This document shows positions 48,777 to 58,793 of a stretch of DNA of 64,000 nt, one piece after another; within the stretch, counting starts at the first letter, position 1; each line of letters opens with the position of its first letter. A program made the translations under genes and the position numbers. Source of the stretch: a virus (lineage: Duplodnaviria > Heunggongvirae > Uroviricota > Caudoviricetes); the IMG/VR virus record IMGVR_UViG_3300035680_000003; one strand, given 5' to 3'. The notes beneath the pieces are model-generated. The model did not search any database. It was not told where the DNA came from and saw only the letters and a program-made list of their open reading frames with translations.

Positions 48777-49681
48777 TCTTTTGTTTTGATCTTATTTTCT
48801 AAAATAAATTTTCTAATATTGTCATTATAATTCAACGATTCTTTAATCTTAGATTTATCAGTATCTGATTTGAAAAATAATCCTATATCAGTAAGCCCTT
48901 GCTTATATTCTGCTGATTGAAATATTGTTTTTAGATCAGCTGTAATTTTACCTTTAGTATATTCATCCATAGTCTTAGGAACAATTACTGAAAGATAGCT
49001 TTGGAATGGGAACACTTCTTTATAAAAACTTTCCCATGTTGATGTTTTTAATCCAACAGCATGACTAGTTAATAATAATTTTAAATTTTCGTGATTGGTG
49101 TAGGCTTTAACTGTCGGGTAGTTGCCAAACATACAATCAACATGCCCGCCAACTAAATCTAATACAGACTTATTTCCCCCTTGAGCATAGGGAACGACGA
49201 TATGATTGTTTTTAGTTTTTGATAGTAATACTTCAGTGGCGATATGTTCGGAAGACCCATAACCTCCAACAGCAAAGGACAATGATTTTTTAGTATTGAT
49301 AAAGTCTTGATAGGATGTTATTCCTGTTTTAGCATTACAGAGTAATGCAGAGGGCATAATTCCTATAGTGGCCAGCACTTCTAAATCAATTTTGTGATCG
49401 TAATTTAAGTCGTTAAAATTGATAGGGTTGGTAACAAAAACTTGAACTACAGTAGCCAGTAGCATAGTTTTTTCATTCATTAAATGACCCATAGCAATTT
49501 TGCCAGATGCTCCTGGCCGATTGACTACTACATATTTTTTATCTAAGTTTTTAGCGATATACCGTGTTGTGATATCGCTCACACCACCGGGAGCGTGCAT
49601 AACTGTAAACTCTAATGATTGAGCTACTGCAACTTTTGAAAAAAATAAAATTAATAAAAGAAAAAATTTGTTGATTAGCAT
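48773..49681 (-). CDS. secreted TctC/Bug-family (tripartite tricarboxylate transporter-type) solute-binding protein
   Basis: signal peptide LLLILFFSKVAVAQS; HAPGGVSDITTRYIAKNL...VVVNRPGASGKIA matches the TctC PGGxxD...NxPGAxG pattern. Confidence 0.5.
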   Translation of the reverse strand: MLINKFFLLLILFFSKVAVAQSLEFTVMHAPGGVSDITTRYIAKNLDKKYVVVNRPGASGKIAMGHLMNEKTMLLATVVQVFVTNPINFNDLNYDHKIDLEVLATIGIMPSALLCNAKTGITSYQDFINTKKSLSFAVGGYGSSEHIATEVLLSKTKNNHIVVPYAQGGNKSVLDLVGGHVDCMFGNYPTVKAYTNHENLKLLLTSHAVGLKTSTWESFYKEVFPFQSYLSVIVPKTMDEYTKGKITADLKTIFQSAEYKQGLTDIGLFFKSDTDKSKIKESLNYNDNIRKFILENKIKTKD

Positions 49682-49699
49682 GATATATAAATATTCTTT

Positions 49700-50266
49700 A
49701 TGTACTTCTCATACTTATCTCTTCCAAGATTACCTAAAGAATTTTTTGCTCAATGTTTGGAAAATGTAAAATACATTGGTGTAGATCCTAGACTAGAAAA
49801 TGTTAATAGTTATCGAGGGCCAATGAATCGAGCTACGTATCTGCCCGAAGAATGTAATACATGGATTATTAGAAATATTGTATTTCCGTTATATGGAAGT
49901 ATTCCTTCAACTCTAAAATTAAATTTATTAAATGTAACTACATACCAAAAGTTAAAACCTCAAGAAGAGACATGGGGTACACACCCTAAACATATCGACA
50001 AAGGCAGAAACTGGGCATTAAATTATTATTTTACCACTGGTGGAAGTAATACTACCGTTAGGTGGTACGAAGATAATGTTGTGGCAGCAGAAACACCACC
50101 TATAGAAATTAATAGATGGTGTTTATTAAAAGTTAATCAACTACACGATGTTAGAGGAATTGAAGAAGGTCAAATTCGATATTTTTTAACATTGAATATT
50201 TCTTCTGAAAATATAGATAATTTTAAATCAGTAATTGATCAAAATACAGTGATTGAAAAAAAATGA
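49700..50266 (+). CDS. 2OG-Fe(II) oxygenase-fold protein, paralog 8
   Basis: HPKHIDKGRN ... NQLHDVRGIEEGQIRY. Confidence 0.4.
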   Translation: MYFSYLSLPRLPKEFFAQCLENVKYIGVDPRLENVNSYRGPMNRATYLPEECNTWIIRNIVFPLYGSIPSTLKLNLLNVTTYQKLKPQEETWGTHPKHIDKGRNWALNYYFTTGGSNTTVRWYEDNVVAAETPPIEINRWCLLKVNQLHDVRGIEEGQIRYFLTLNISSENIDNFKSVIDQNTVIEKK

Positions 50267-51795
50267 CAGTAGATTGTTTGTTACTATATGGTAATCATTT
50301 ATTACCTATGTCTAAATATGCGGGAACATTTCGAATTGCTAGCGAGTTAAGAAATGCAGGCTATACTGTTCAGTGTATTGATATGACAGCGTATGAAGAC
50401 AACCGTGAAGAACTCATCGATACAATAAAGATGTTTATAGGTAATAATACATTATGGGTGGGAATTAGTACAACCTTTTTGCGTCATGTATTTGGATATC
50501 CCTATTTTCGTACGATAGATTCATTTAATGTAAAATCTACAACTATCCCAAATATTGATAAAGAAATTTTAAATTTTATTAAAACCGTTAAGGATATTAA
50601 TCCAAACGTAAAATTTATTGCCGGTGGCTCGAAAAGATTTATGATCGAGAAATACGGTTTTAAAGTTTTTACAAAAAATAATGATACTGAAATTATTGAG
50701 TTTACAGATTATTGTGCAAAAAAATCTAAAAAAATACCAGTAAGTTTTTTAGAATCACTGATTGAAGGTTCAGAATTTCAACAGTTTACAACAAGCCAAA
50801 ATATCTTTACTAAGAACGATATTGTCGAATCGTCAGATACCCTTCCTATTGAAGTTAGTAGAGGTTGTATTTTTAAATGTAAATTTTGTTCATTTCCACT
50901 TAATGGTAAAAAGAAAGGCGAATGGGTTAAACGTTCTAATGTATTGTATGAAGAGTTTATAAAGAATTATGAGTTGCATGGAGTAACAGAATACAGTTTT
51001 TCCGATGACACATACAATGATAGTGAAGAAAAAGTTAAAAGATTGTATGACGAAGTGTATAGTAGGCTACCATTTAAATTAAACTTTACTACATATTTGA
51101 GACTTGATTTAATGATAAAATTTCCCGACACAGTGAAATACTTACAAGAGTCAGGTTTAAAATCAGCAGTCTTTGGTATAGAAACAATAAATCATAATTC
51201 AGGTAAGGCTATTGGCAAAGGTTTAAATCCCATTGAACAATTTCAGTTTATTGAAGAAATTAAAAAAAATGAATTTAAAGAGATACTAACTCGTTCTGGA
51301 TTTATATTAGGGTTGCCAAAAGACAGACACGACGAGATTAATATCCTAGAAGAATTCTTATTTTCAGAAAAGAATAAATTAGATGACTTTAGTGTAGAAC
51401 CTTTGATTATATTTCCTCCAAAATTTGATCAAACAAAATTTAAAGATTTTTCTGAATTTGATATAGAATATGAAAAATATGGATATAAGATTTATGAAAA
51501 CATCGAAACATCTTCTATTACTGAAATTAGATGGACCAACGATTATATCGGAATGACTTTTGATCAAGTAGCTAAAGCTGCAAAAAAAATAAATGTAAGA
51601 AAATATTTCGATGGTAGATTCAAGTGCGGTGGATTTGGTTACAATTGGCATAGGTCTCTCGGAATTCCAGCAGATGATCTAGTGGCACTGAGTCGGAATG
51701 AAATATATACAAAGTATAACGTCAAACAACTGCTAAAAACAAAAAAAGATAATTATCGATCATTAATACTTAATGTAATGAAAAATAATGAATAA
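50263..51795 (+). CDS. B12-binding-domain radical SAM enzyme (class B-like)
   Basis: CxxxCxxC at about aa 205 (VSRGCIFKCKFCSFP) after a Rossmann-like N-terminal domain; 510 aa; paralog at 62481..63983. Confidence 0.7.
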   Translation: MTVDCLLLYGNHLLPMSKYAGTFRIASELRNAGYTVQCIDMTAYEDNREELIDTIKMFIGNNTLWVGISTTFLRHVFGYPYFRTIDSFNVKSTTIPNIDKEILNFIKTVKDINPNVKFIAGGSKRFMIEKYGFKVFTKNNDTEIIEFTDYCAKKSKKIPVSFLESLIEGSEFQQFTTSQNIFTKNDIVESSDTLPIEVSRGCIFKCKFCSFPLNGKKKGEWVKRSNVLYEEFIKNYELHGVTEYSFSDDTYNDSEEKVKRLYDEVYSRLPFKLNFTTYLRLDLMIKFPDTVKYLQESGLKSAVFGIETINHNSGKAIGKGLNPIEQFQFIEEIKKNEFKEILTRSGFILGLPKDRHDEINILEEFLFSEKNKLDDFSVEPLIIFPPKFDQTKFKDFSEFDIEYEKYGYKIYENIETSSITEIRWTNDYIGMTFDQVAKAAKKINVRKYFDGRFKCGGFGYNWHRSLGIPADDLVALSRNEIYTKYNVKQLLKTKKDNYRSLILNVMKNNE

Positions 51796-51844
51796 TTATC
51801 TAGGTAGAGTTAAATTAACATTTTTACAAAATTAGAACTAACAA

Positions 51845-52765
51845 ATGGAAAGACATAATCAATGGATGAGCTACAGTTTTGATGCTATAGAATATGGCAA
51901 AAAAACTGATTCAAATTCTATTTTTAAAATTCATTTTAATAAAAAAATAGATAAAAATCTCCCTTCTTATAGAGATGCATTATTTAATAATGCCCGTATT
52001 ATGCGAGACTCGTATAATGAACCATTTGATGTAATGTTGTCAGGCGGAGTTGATAGCGAAATGGTTGTGCGAACATTTCATGCTGTGGGAATTAAACACA
52101 ATACATTTATTTTTAGATTAGAAAATGATTATAACATTCGAGATGTTAATTATGCCATAGCTGTTTGTAAAGAACTAAACATTAATTATAAAATAATAGA
52201 TTTTAATTTACAAAAATTCTTCGAAAATGATGCACTTGATTTATTTCAAAAGACACTAATTCCAAGATCAGGAAGAATAGTGAGACTTGCGTGGTTTAAC
52301 TATCTTGATAATATTCCAGTTTTTTGTGACGGTGAACCCTACTGGCGCAGGGATGCAAATAAAGATTTTAGTAAAAAATCTACGTGGAGATTAATTTTAA
52401 ACGAAGACGGATACTCGTGTTCTACCTATGCTAAATCAATTGGTAGAGTAGCGATTGGGGATTGGTATGAATATACCCCCGAATTGTTATTGTCATACAA
52501 CGAATTGCCGTTAGTTAAAAAATTACTCAACGACGAAATCTCAGGGAAGATTAGTTCCTGGAGTAGCAGGTCTGCTATTCACAGAGATATCTGGCCTACT
52601 GTACAGGATAAAATAAAATTAGCAGGATACGAAGGTGCAGACGGCAATCCTGTATTGAGTCGTCCGGATTTTATGAATCACTTTCAGGTAACGTATATGA
52701 ATCAAGTGTCCAATACTCATTACGAATATACTGAAGAAGAACTAAGAAATTTAATCCTTAATTAG
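51845..52765 (+). CDS. PP-loop ATP pyrophosphatase superfamily protein (306 aa)
   Basis: FDVMLSGGVDSEMVV motif; paralog of 56385..57314 (N-termini MERHNQWMSYSFDAI and MRRFRDWMTYSFDGI). Confidence 0.55.
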   Translation: MERHNQWMSYSFDAIEYGKKTDSNSIFKIHFNKKIDKNLPSYRDALFNNARIMRDSYNEPFDVMLSGGVDSEMVVRTFHAVGIKHNTFIFRLENDYNIRDVNYAIAVCKELNINYKIIDFNLQKFFENDALDLFQKTLIPRSGRIVRLAWFNYLDNIPVFCDGEPYWRRDANKDFSKKSTWRLILNEDGYSCSTYAKSIGRVAIGDWYEYTPELLLSYNELPLVKKLLNDEISGKISSWSSRSAIHRDIWPTVQDKIKLAGYEGADGNPVLSRPDFMNHFQVTYMNQVSNTHYEYTEEELRNLILN

Positions 52766-53590
52766 ATTTTCTCGGACCCAACGTCCCCAATGTATACAAT
52801 GATACTCGTATTTTGATAGTGATTCGGTAACAGGAAAGAATTTTGTTTTTATCTTTTCGATCGCAGCAACATCTTCCCTAAACACAGTTTCTAATGTTTC
52901 AAATTCGATACGATCATTATGTGGAACATCAGGGGCATAATAGAATTGTGTAATCCATTCGAATTTCCATTCTATATTTTTATCTGCAGGAACAATAGTG
53001 TTTACTGACAGGCATCCTTTCTTATGCTCGACAAAGGTGTAGGGGTATATATAGAGTGACCACCAACCTGGAGAATGTTCTTGGAATATCCATCCATCTC
53101 CTTGATCCATAACAACATTATCTAAATCAATTTGTTCAGAGAGTCTCGGATGAATTCCATCCTTTTGTACATGTAAATAATCTGCTTCAGCATCCATGAG
53201 CCATAACCAGCTTCCCTCGCTTTTACCTTGAAGAGAATGACTATATTCTAGCGTTGTTTCTTTTTCCAGATCATCGACCCATTGATGGTCTGGTTCGATA
53301 AAATCTTTAAATACTAACCCTGATCGACCAACAGTTGCAGTCCCACAATTTAATTTTTTAGAATTATTAATTGGTGTGCCATTTGCATCCCATTGAAATC
53401 CGTGGAACTTACATGTAATGCTGTTGATATGTGTTCCTGGATCAGCTAGTGGATACATTCTGTGGGGACAAAATCTGTGAAATAAATTTACTATATTACC
53501 TTGTTTATTTAGAATATATTCAGAAACTGCAAAGTTCTTGTCCTGCAATGCACTGAGATGAGCAAAAATTTTAGGAGATTTAATAAACAT
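52751..53590 (-). CDS. Rieske [2Fe-2S] domain protein (Rieske oxygenase-like)
   Basis: CPH-x16-CKFH (FCPHRMYPLADPGTHINSITCKFHGFQWD) is the Rieske CxH...CxxH signature. Confidence 0.55.
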   Translation of the reverse strand: MFIKSPKIFAHLSALQDKNFAVSEYILNKQGNIVNLFHRFCPHRMYPLADPGTHINSITCKFHGFQWDANGTPINNSKKLNCGTATVGRSGLVFKDFIEPDHQWVDDLEKETTLEYSHSLQGKSEGSWLWLMDAEADYLHVQKDGIHPRLSEQIDLDNVVMDQGDGWIFQEHSPGWWSLYIYPYTFVEHKKGCLSVNTIVPADKNIEWKFEWITQFYYAPDVPHNDRIEFETLETVFREDVAAIEKIKTKFFPVTESLSKYEYHCIHWGRWVRENLIKD

Positions 53591-53622
53591 TGTAAGAGTA
53601 ATGTGCGTATATAAATAGTTGT

Positions 53623-54210
53623 ATGTATGCTATTTACTTAAACGACATAGAAAGATTTATTGCGATTGAAAAAGATCTTTGGATTGCACATGCATCGGCA
53701 AAATTGCTATCTTCAAAATTATCTATCTCTATATGTGATATCGGAAATGCATTGTCTGTAACTAACTATAACTGTTTTCAATGGACATTGTCAAGTGTAG
53801 ACTTGCCCGCCTCTACACAATATCCAAAATTAGTTGTACCAAAAGATTCTAAATTAGAATTTGTCGGTGATCCTATTAATACAGATATGGAAATGTTAAA
53901 ATTGCATCAGCAATTTTGTTTGTTAGTATTAAAGGTTGTTTTTGCGGCAAAAATGACCGACATTGAATTAAATTCAGGAGATCGAAAATATTTTCAATCT
54001 TTACTTAAAAACGACACTTTACTATCTGCGTCGGACGAGTCCGGAATTCCTGGAGGGTTTTTACATACAATAGAAAGAATTCTTTATTTGAGTTCAAATG
54101 TAACGCACGTTATGTCTCATATTGAATTAATGTTTAATAATTCAGAGAGTATATTTCCTAGAAATCTTGCACAATATAAATTACTATTTTACAAATACTT
54201 AAATGCATAA
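53623..54210 (+). CDS. hypothetical protein
   Basis: 195-aa ORF inside the accessory cluster. Confidence 0.35.
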   Translation: MYAIYLNDIERFIAIEKDLWIAHASAKLLSSKLSISICDIGNALSVTNYNCFQWTLSSVDLPASTQYPKLVVPKDSKLEFVGDPINTDMEMLKLHQQFCLLVLKVVFAAKMTDIELNSGDRKYFQSLLKNDTLLSASDESGIPGGFLHTIERILYLSSNVTHVMSHIELMFNNSESIFPRNLAQYKLLFYKYLNA

Positions 54211-55495
54211 ATTTTATTACAAAACCTTTGATCCAAACCTTAGAAGTTTTTCTAAATTGCTCAGTAACAATGTAACTGATTTACCACCAGGCGGCAGATT
54301 CTATTTTAATCTTGCAAGATCAATGCGTATGAGCGGTGAGAATTACCTATTTAGAGATGGGGAGTGGAGTGATCCTTTTAAAACTGTGGTCCACCCTACC
54401 TTTGCTATGCCATCATATACGTCAAATTTTAATTTAAATTTTTCAGAAGTATCGGACTTAAGGTCTCTCGATATTAAAAAAATCATCAACGATACTGATC
54501 GGTCGATAGTAATTCAATGGTCTGGAGGAATTGACAGTACTGTAGCACTTGTATCTTTATTAAAAAATCTGTCACATTCTGAATTGTCAAATGTAATTAT
54601 TGCAATGAGTAGCGACAGCCTTTTAGAAAATCCTAATTTTTATAATAAGTTTATTAAAGATAAATTCAAAATTATTGATTCTGAAAATATGTTGTTTAAC
54701 GATTATAAAGAAAAATACAATGCATATTGCATCATGGGAGACACAGGCGATTGTCTATTTGGTTCAGAATTAGGAAATAAATTATACCCTAAGATGAAAT
54801 TTATACAAGATAACACTGGTCATCTTTATAACAAAATTAGTTCACCTGATGTACATTATTCAATCTATAGGGATATCATTGTACAGTATTTTAATGATAA
54901 TCTTCAAACTTCAATACTTTCTTTAAAACAACAAGGTGTAGTTAACAGTAGTATTAGCGAATTTATTTCAGGGGACGAAACGTTTGGAGAACTATTCTAC
55001 GAAAAAATTGTTAAGAATATAGAAACATGCAGTGTTCCTATATACAGTCTACATGACTTTTTCTGGTGGACAATCTTTAGTGGAAGATATATATTCTGTG
55101 CCCTAAGAGGACCTAGTGTGTTTAGCATCGGCGCCAATAAAGAGGCATTAATTAATGATTGTCTTATTCAATGGTTTAATACCGACGAATATCAACTATG
55201 GTCTATGAATAATAATAACAATGGGGAAAAGTTATCTGGGCCTATACAAGGCCTTGGAAAAACTGCTGCAAAAAAATACATTTACGATTTTGATAAAAAC
55301 GAATGGTATTTTACGCATAAGATGAAAGTCGTGTCGTCACCAAATATTCTTAGAAGAAACTGGCGTAAACATTTTGCAGATTTTGATCCTATGCTAGGTG
55401 TTGATACAAATTACAATTTGATTAAAATAGGACCAGCGACAGTTAACAATTATGTCATTAATAGACTAATGAACTACAAAATAGATTGGTGTTAA
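54203..55495 (+). CDS. PP-loop ATP pyrophosphatase superfamily protein (430 aa)
   Basis: SIVIQWSGGIDSTVALVSL motif at about aa 105. Confidence 0.5.
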   Translation: MHKFYYKTFDPNLRSFSKLLSNNVTDLPPGGRFYFNLARSMRMSGENYLFRDGEWSDPFKTVVHPTFAMPSYTSNFNLNFSEVSDLRSLDIKKIINDTDRSIVIQWSGGIDSTVALVSLLKNLSHSELSNVIIAMSSDSLLENPNFYNKFIKDKFKIIDSENMLFNDYKEKYNAYCIMGDTGDCLFGSELGNKLYPKMKFIQDNTGHLYNKISSPDVHYSIYRDIIVQYFNDNLQTSILSLKQQGVVNSSISEFISGDETFGELFYEKIVKNIETCSVPIYSLHDFFWWTIFSGRYIFCALRGPSVFSIGANKEALINDCLIQWFNTDEYQLWSMNNNNNGEKLSGPIQGLGKTAAKKYIYDFDKNEWYFTHKMKVVSSPNILRRNWRKHFADFDPMLGVDTNYNLIKIGPATVNNYVINRLMNYKIDWC

Positions 55496-56388
55496 TTTTG
55501 AGTTATTTCTTTCTTATATCGTTCTCTGAAAGACTTTAATAAAGAAATACTTGAATGGTAATGCAATTTTGAATCTTGATTATAAAAGACAGGACTTATA
55601 AAGTCTCCTAATCCAAACAACTTATTCTTGCCTAAATTCATTGTAGCTTGATGAAATATAGCGGATATATTTTCTTTAGTTTCTTTGGGCATTTCTTTTG
55701 ATGCCATAGTGAAATGAAAGATATATGGAGCTGTAATTTTTTGCTCAGTTAACGTTTTAATATTTGGGAGATCTGGGTGTCGTTCTGTGCAACTCATTCC
55801 GATTATTTGTAAGTTAGGATTCTTTGCCTTGTACTGATTAAATGCAGATACACGCTCAACAATAAAGTTAATACTATTATTGTCAGAAGCCATGTGGAGC
55901 AGTGCATCTGCATTGCTTCGATACACAATATAGCGAACAGGTATATTATATTTTTTTCCTAGTTCTAGACCTAGTAGATGAGTAGCACCACCTATAGCAG
56001 GGCCGCCTATGGTAAGTTCTTTAGGAAGCTCATTTTCTTTAAAGTTAGTAATAATTGCCCAGCAGGCACTTCCGTGACTAAACACTGGTTCTAATTTATT
56101 TAGGTCAATTAGTCCTCTACTTTCAGCTTCGACTACACTATTGGTAATAGTCACAACACGATTTTTTGGTTGTTCTAATGCCTCTCGAACACCTATACTT
56201 TCAAAGCCACCAGCTTTAAATTCTGTAACAAATTTATATTTGTTTTGTATTTTATTTGCTTCATCTAACACAGCGAATATTTGAGGAGTCATACTTTGCG
56301 TAGGTCCTTGAGCATTTATTACTACAATAGTTTCTTGTGCCTGTGCTAGATTTAAAAATAACAATAAACTTACAATTATAAACTTCAT
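55492..56388 (-). CDS. secreted TctC/Bug-family solute-binding protein (second copy)
   Basis: signal IIVSLLLFLNLAQAQ; paralog of 48773..49681 (shared GGATHLLGLELGKKY region). Confidence 0.45.
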   Translation of the reverse strand: MKFIIVSLLLFLNLAQAQETIVVINAQGPTQSMTPQIFAVLDEANKIQNKYKFVTEFKAGGFESIGVREALEQPKNRVVTITNSVVEAESRGLIDLNKLEPVFSHGSACWAIITNFKENELPKELTIGGPAIGGATHLLGLELGKKYNIPVRYIVYRSNADALLHMASDNNSINFIVERVSAFNQYKAKNPNLQIIGMSCTERHPDLPNIKTLTEQKITAPYIFHFTMASKEMPKETKENISAIFHQATMNLGKNKLFGLGDFISPVFYNQDSKLHYHSSISLLKSFRERYKKEITQN

Positions 56389-57314
56389 GGGATTCCTTTA
56401 AATTTTTTGTTTACTTCTTCAAGTGAATACGTAAAACTAAGATTGGTTAAGTCTGACATTTGATTTTCCATATAAAAATCTTTAAAAAATTTAGGAAGAC
56501 TTTCTAAAGGTGTTCCAGTCGGACCTTCGTAACCAATTAATTTTGATTTATTTTTTATGTCTGGCCATATCTGTTGATGTAAAGATATTCTACTAGAGAG
56601 GGTGCTTTTTTTGCCTACATTTTTATCATCTAGCAAATCTTTTATAAGATCATTTTGATGGTAACTCATTGTAATGTAGGGAGTGTATAGGTACCATTCT
56701 CCTATAATCTCTCTATTATGATGGTGTGATGTTAACGACATAAAAAGCTGGCGCTCAGTAAGATACAGAGACCAATTAGATTTTTTTGTATAATCACTGA
56801 GCAAGTCTCGTTTCCAATAAGGAGATCCTTCACCAAAAACAGGTATGTTATCTAAATAATCTAACCATTTAATTTTTGATAAGGACGGACTATGCGGCAC
56901 TAACGTTTTTTCAAATATGTCTTTAGCATCGTGTTCATAAAATTTAGATAAGTTAAAATCAATAATTTTATAAGGTATATTTAATGTTTCACATATCTGT
57001 ATTGAAGAATTAATATCTCGAATATTTAAATTATCTTCGTACCTAAAAATAAATGTATTATGTGTTATACCTAAATCTTTAAAAGTGCGAACTATCACTT
57101 CGCTATCTATGCCACCGGATAATAAAACATCAAACGGCTCTGAAAAAGAATCTCGCATAATACTTGCATTTTGTATCAATGCATCATGATACGACATTGG
57201 CATAATGTCGTTAGAGATATTAAAATGAATGTCCAGGAAAGATCTTCTAGAAGATTTAGGAGAATTTAAAATTCCGTCAAAAGAATACGTCATCCAATCT
57301 CTAAATCTTCTCAT
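56385..57314 (-). CDS. PP-loop ATP pyrophosphatase superfamily protein (309 aa)
   Basis: FDVLLSGGIDSEVIV motif; close paralog of 51845..52765. Confidence 0.55.
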   Translation of the reverse strand: MRRFRDWMTYSFDGILNSPKSSRRSFLDIHFNISNDIMPMSYHDALIQNASIMRDSFSEPFDVLLSGGIDSEVIVRTFKDLGITHNTFIFRYEDNLNIRDINSSIQICETLNIPYKIIDFNLSKFYEHDAKDIFEKTLVPHSPSLSKIKWLDYLDNIPVFGEGSPYWKRDLLSDYTKKSNWSLYLTERQLFMSLTSHHHNREIIGEWYLYTPYITMSYHQNDLIKDLLDDKNVGKKSTLSSRISLHQQIWPDIKNKSKLIGYEGPTGTPLESLPKFFKDFYMENQMSDLTNLSFTYSLEEVNKKFKGIP

Positions 57315-57320
57315 AGAAAA

Positions 57321-57653
57321 TTAAAGTTCTTCTTTTTCTACCGGGTCAGAATAAATGCCTACAGAAGTGTTATATGCATCGAGAGCGGCAGTTCTTTCAA
57401 TCGTTACACTACGACTTGCATAGTCCTCGTAGAGTTCTTTACTTTCCCATATGAATTCTACTTCTAATGTCAGCTCGTCCGGTTCGGATAACGTTCTGAT
57501 TTTTCTCCCATGAAACTCTCCGAACATCATTTCTAACATTCGGGTATTTAAATCTTCATCTAAGTTTAGATTAAAATACCATTCTATCGTTTCATTCGGT
57601 CTATGAAATCTGCTTAAAACTCTATATGCCATGCTAATTCTCCAGTGATACAA
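57321..57653 (-). CDS. hypothetical protein
   Basis: 110-aa ORF. Confidence 0.35.
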   Translation of the reverse strand: MYHWRISMAYRVLSRFHRPNETIEWYFNLNLDEDLNTRMLEMMFGEFHGRKIRTLSEPDELTLEVEFIWESKELYEDYASRSVTIERTAALDAYNTSVGIYSDPVEKEEL

Positions 57654-57715
57654 TTATTTATTGTTTTAGATAAGAGATCTTATATTTTGATGTGCTAGCA
57701 ATATACTTTTAGAAT

Positions 57716-58498
57716 TTACCATATTATAGCATAGTCTTTAAATTTGGTAGCCGACATAACTATCATATCTCTAGTTCTCTGTCGAACTATAGTTTGATAA
57801 TTTTTTTTAACTGTTATAAATGCTGCAATTCTAATACCTGAAACATTTATTGATGGTGCATGTACTGCTCTAAAATTGTTTAGATAATATGCCATGTGCG
57901 GATCGGTCATCTTACAATTAAAAATTTCTTCTTGCAATCTTCTATCCCCGCCGGTTAACGGTACAGTAATACCTTCCTGTCTGTAGTAGGGCAGTTTTGT
58001 TTTTCGTAATAATAATGGATTATCATTGTAGTGTTCACACTCGAGGTAGAATCTAAAACCGGTTGGATCAACATCATTGTGCCAAAATGAAACACCTTTG
58101 ACGGATTTTCTTACTGGCAAGAATATTGCACCACTAAGTTCATGTCGGCGTATTTTAAAAGCTTCATAGCAATATACTGCTAGTTCGGGAAATTCTTTAT
58201 CAAAATTATTTTGCCAGACGCCGTCCCAAGCACCCCAAACTAAATCCCAAGGGTATTCTTCTCCAATAATATCTTCAGCATTATCTGATTTAGACTTACA
58301 GGATTGCGGGTAGGCACTTTGCGCCCAAGATAAAAATTTTGTAATGTCTACATCCGGTCTCTTTGGGATGTCTAAGGGAGTATAACAAATATCAATAGGT
58401 TCCATACTTATTTTTTTTAATCTTGTTTGCTTATAACGGATATGCACAATATTTAAAAGAGCATTCATTGCTAAGTTATTTATTTTTAAAAATAACAA
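57716..58498 (-). CDS. 2OG-Fe(II) oxygenase-fold protein, paralog 9
   Basis: SFWHNDVD (HxD) ... RAVHAPSINVSGIR (H-x10-R). Confidence 0.4.
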   Translation of the reverse strand: MLFLKINNLAMNALLNIVHIRYKQTRLKKISMEPIDICYTPLDIPKRPDVDITKFLSWAQSAYPQSCKSKSDNAEDIIGEEYPWDLVWGAWDGVWQNNFDKEFPELAVYCYEAFKIRRHELSGAIFLPVRKSVKGVSFWHNDVDPTGFRFYLECEHYNDNPLLLRKTKLPYYRQEGITVPLTGGDRRLQEEIFNCKMTDPHMAYYLNNFRAVHAPSINVSGIRIAAFITVKKNYQTIVRQRTRDMIVMSATKFKDYAIIW

Positions 58499-58534
58499 TA
58501 TGTCCGCATTGAATGGCTATACAATTAGATTGCC

Positions 58535-58792
58535 CTAAGCAGAGGAGCTCATCCTCAAAAGATACATCGTAACTTCGGCACCCTCAACTTTAACTAGATC
58601 GCTAGGATATTTGTTAGAACCAGTATACCATCTACTGGCACTCCTTCCTGCTTCCATAACTTTAACCATCTTGGGATTTAGTTTTTTAACAGTTCCTAGA
58701 TCTAGGCTGTTTTGGCAAGGGTAGCAAACAGCATCACCTACTGCTAGCACTCGTCCTAGTTTATCTCTATGTTCAGGAATTGCTTTTGCCAT
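58535..58792 (-). CDS. hypothetical protein
   Basis: 85-aa ORF. Confidence 0.3.
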   Translation of the reverse strand: MAKAIPEHRDKLGRVLAVGDAVCYPCQNSLDLGTVKKLNPKMVKVMEAGRSASRWYTGSNKYPSDLVKVEGAEVTMYLLRMSSSA

Positions 58793-58793
58793 G

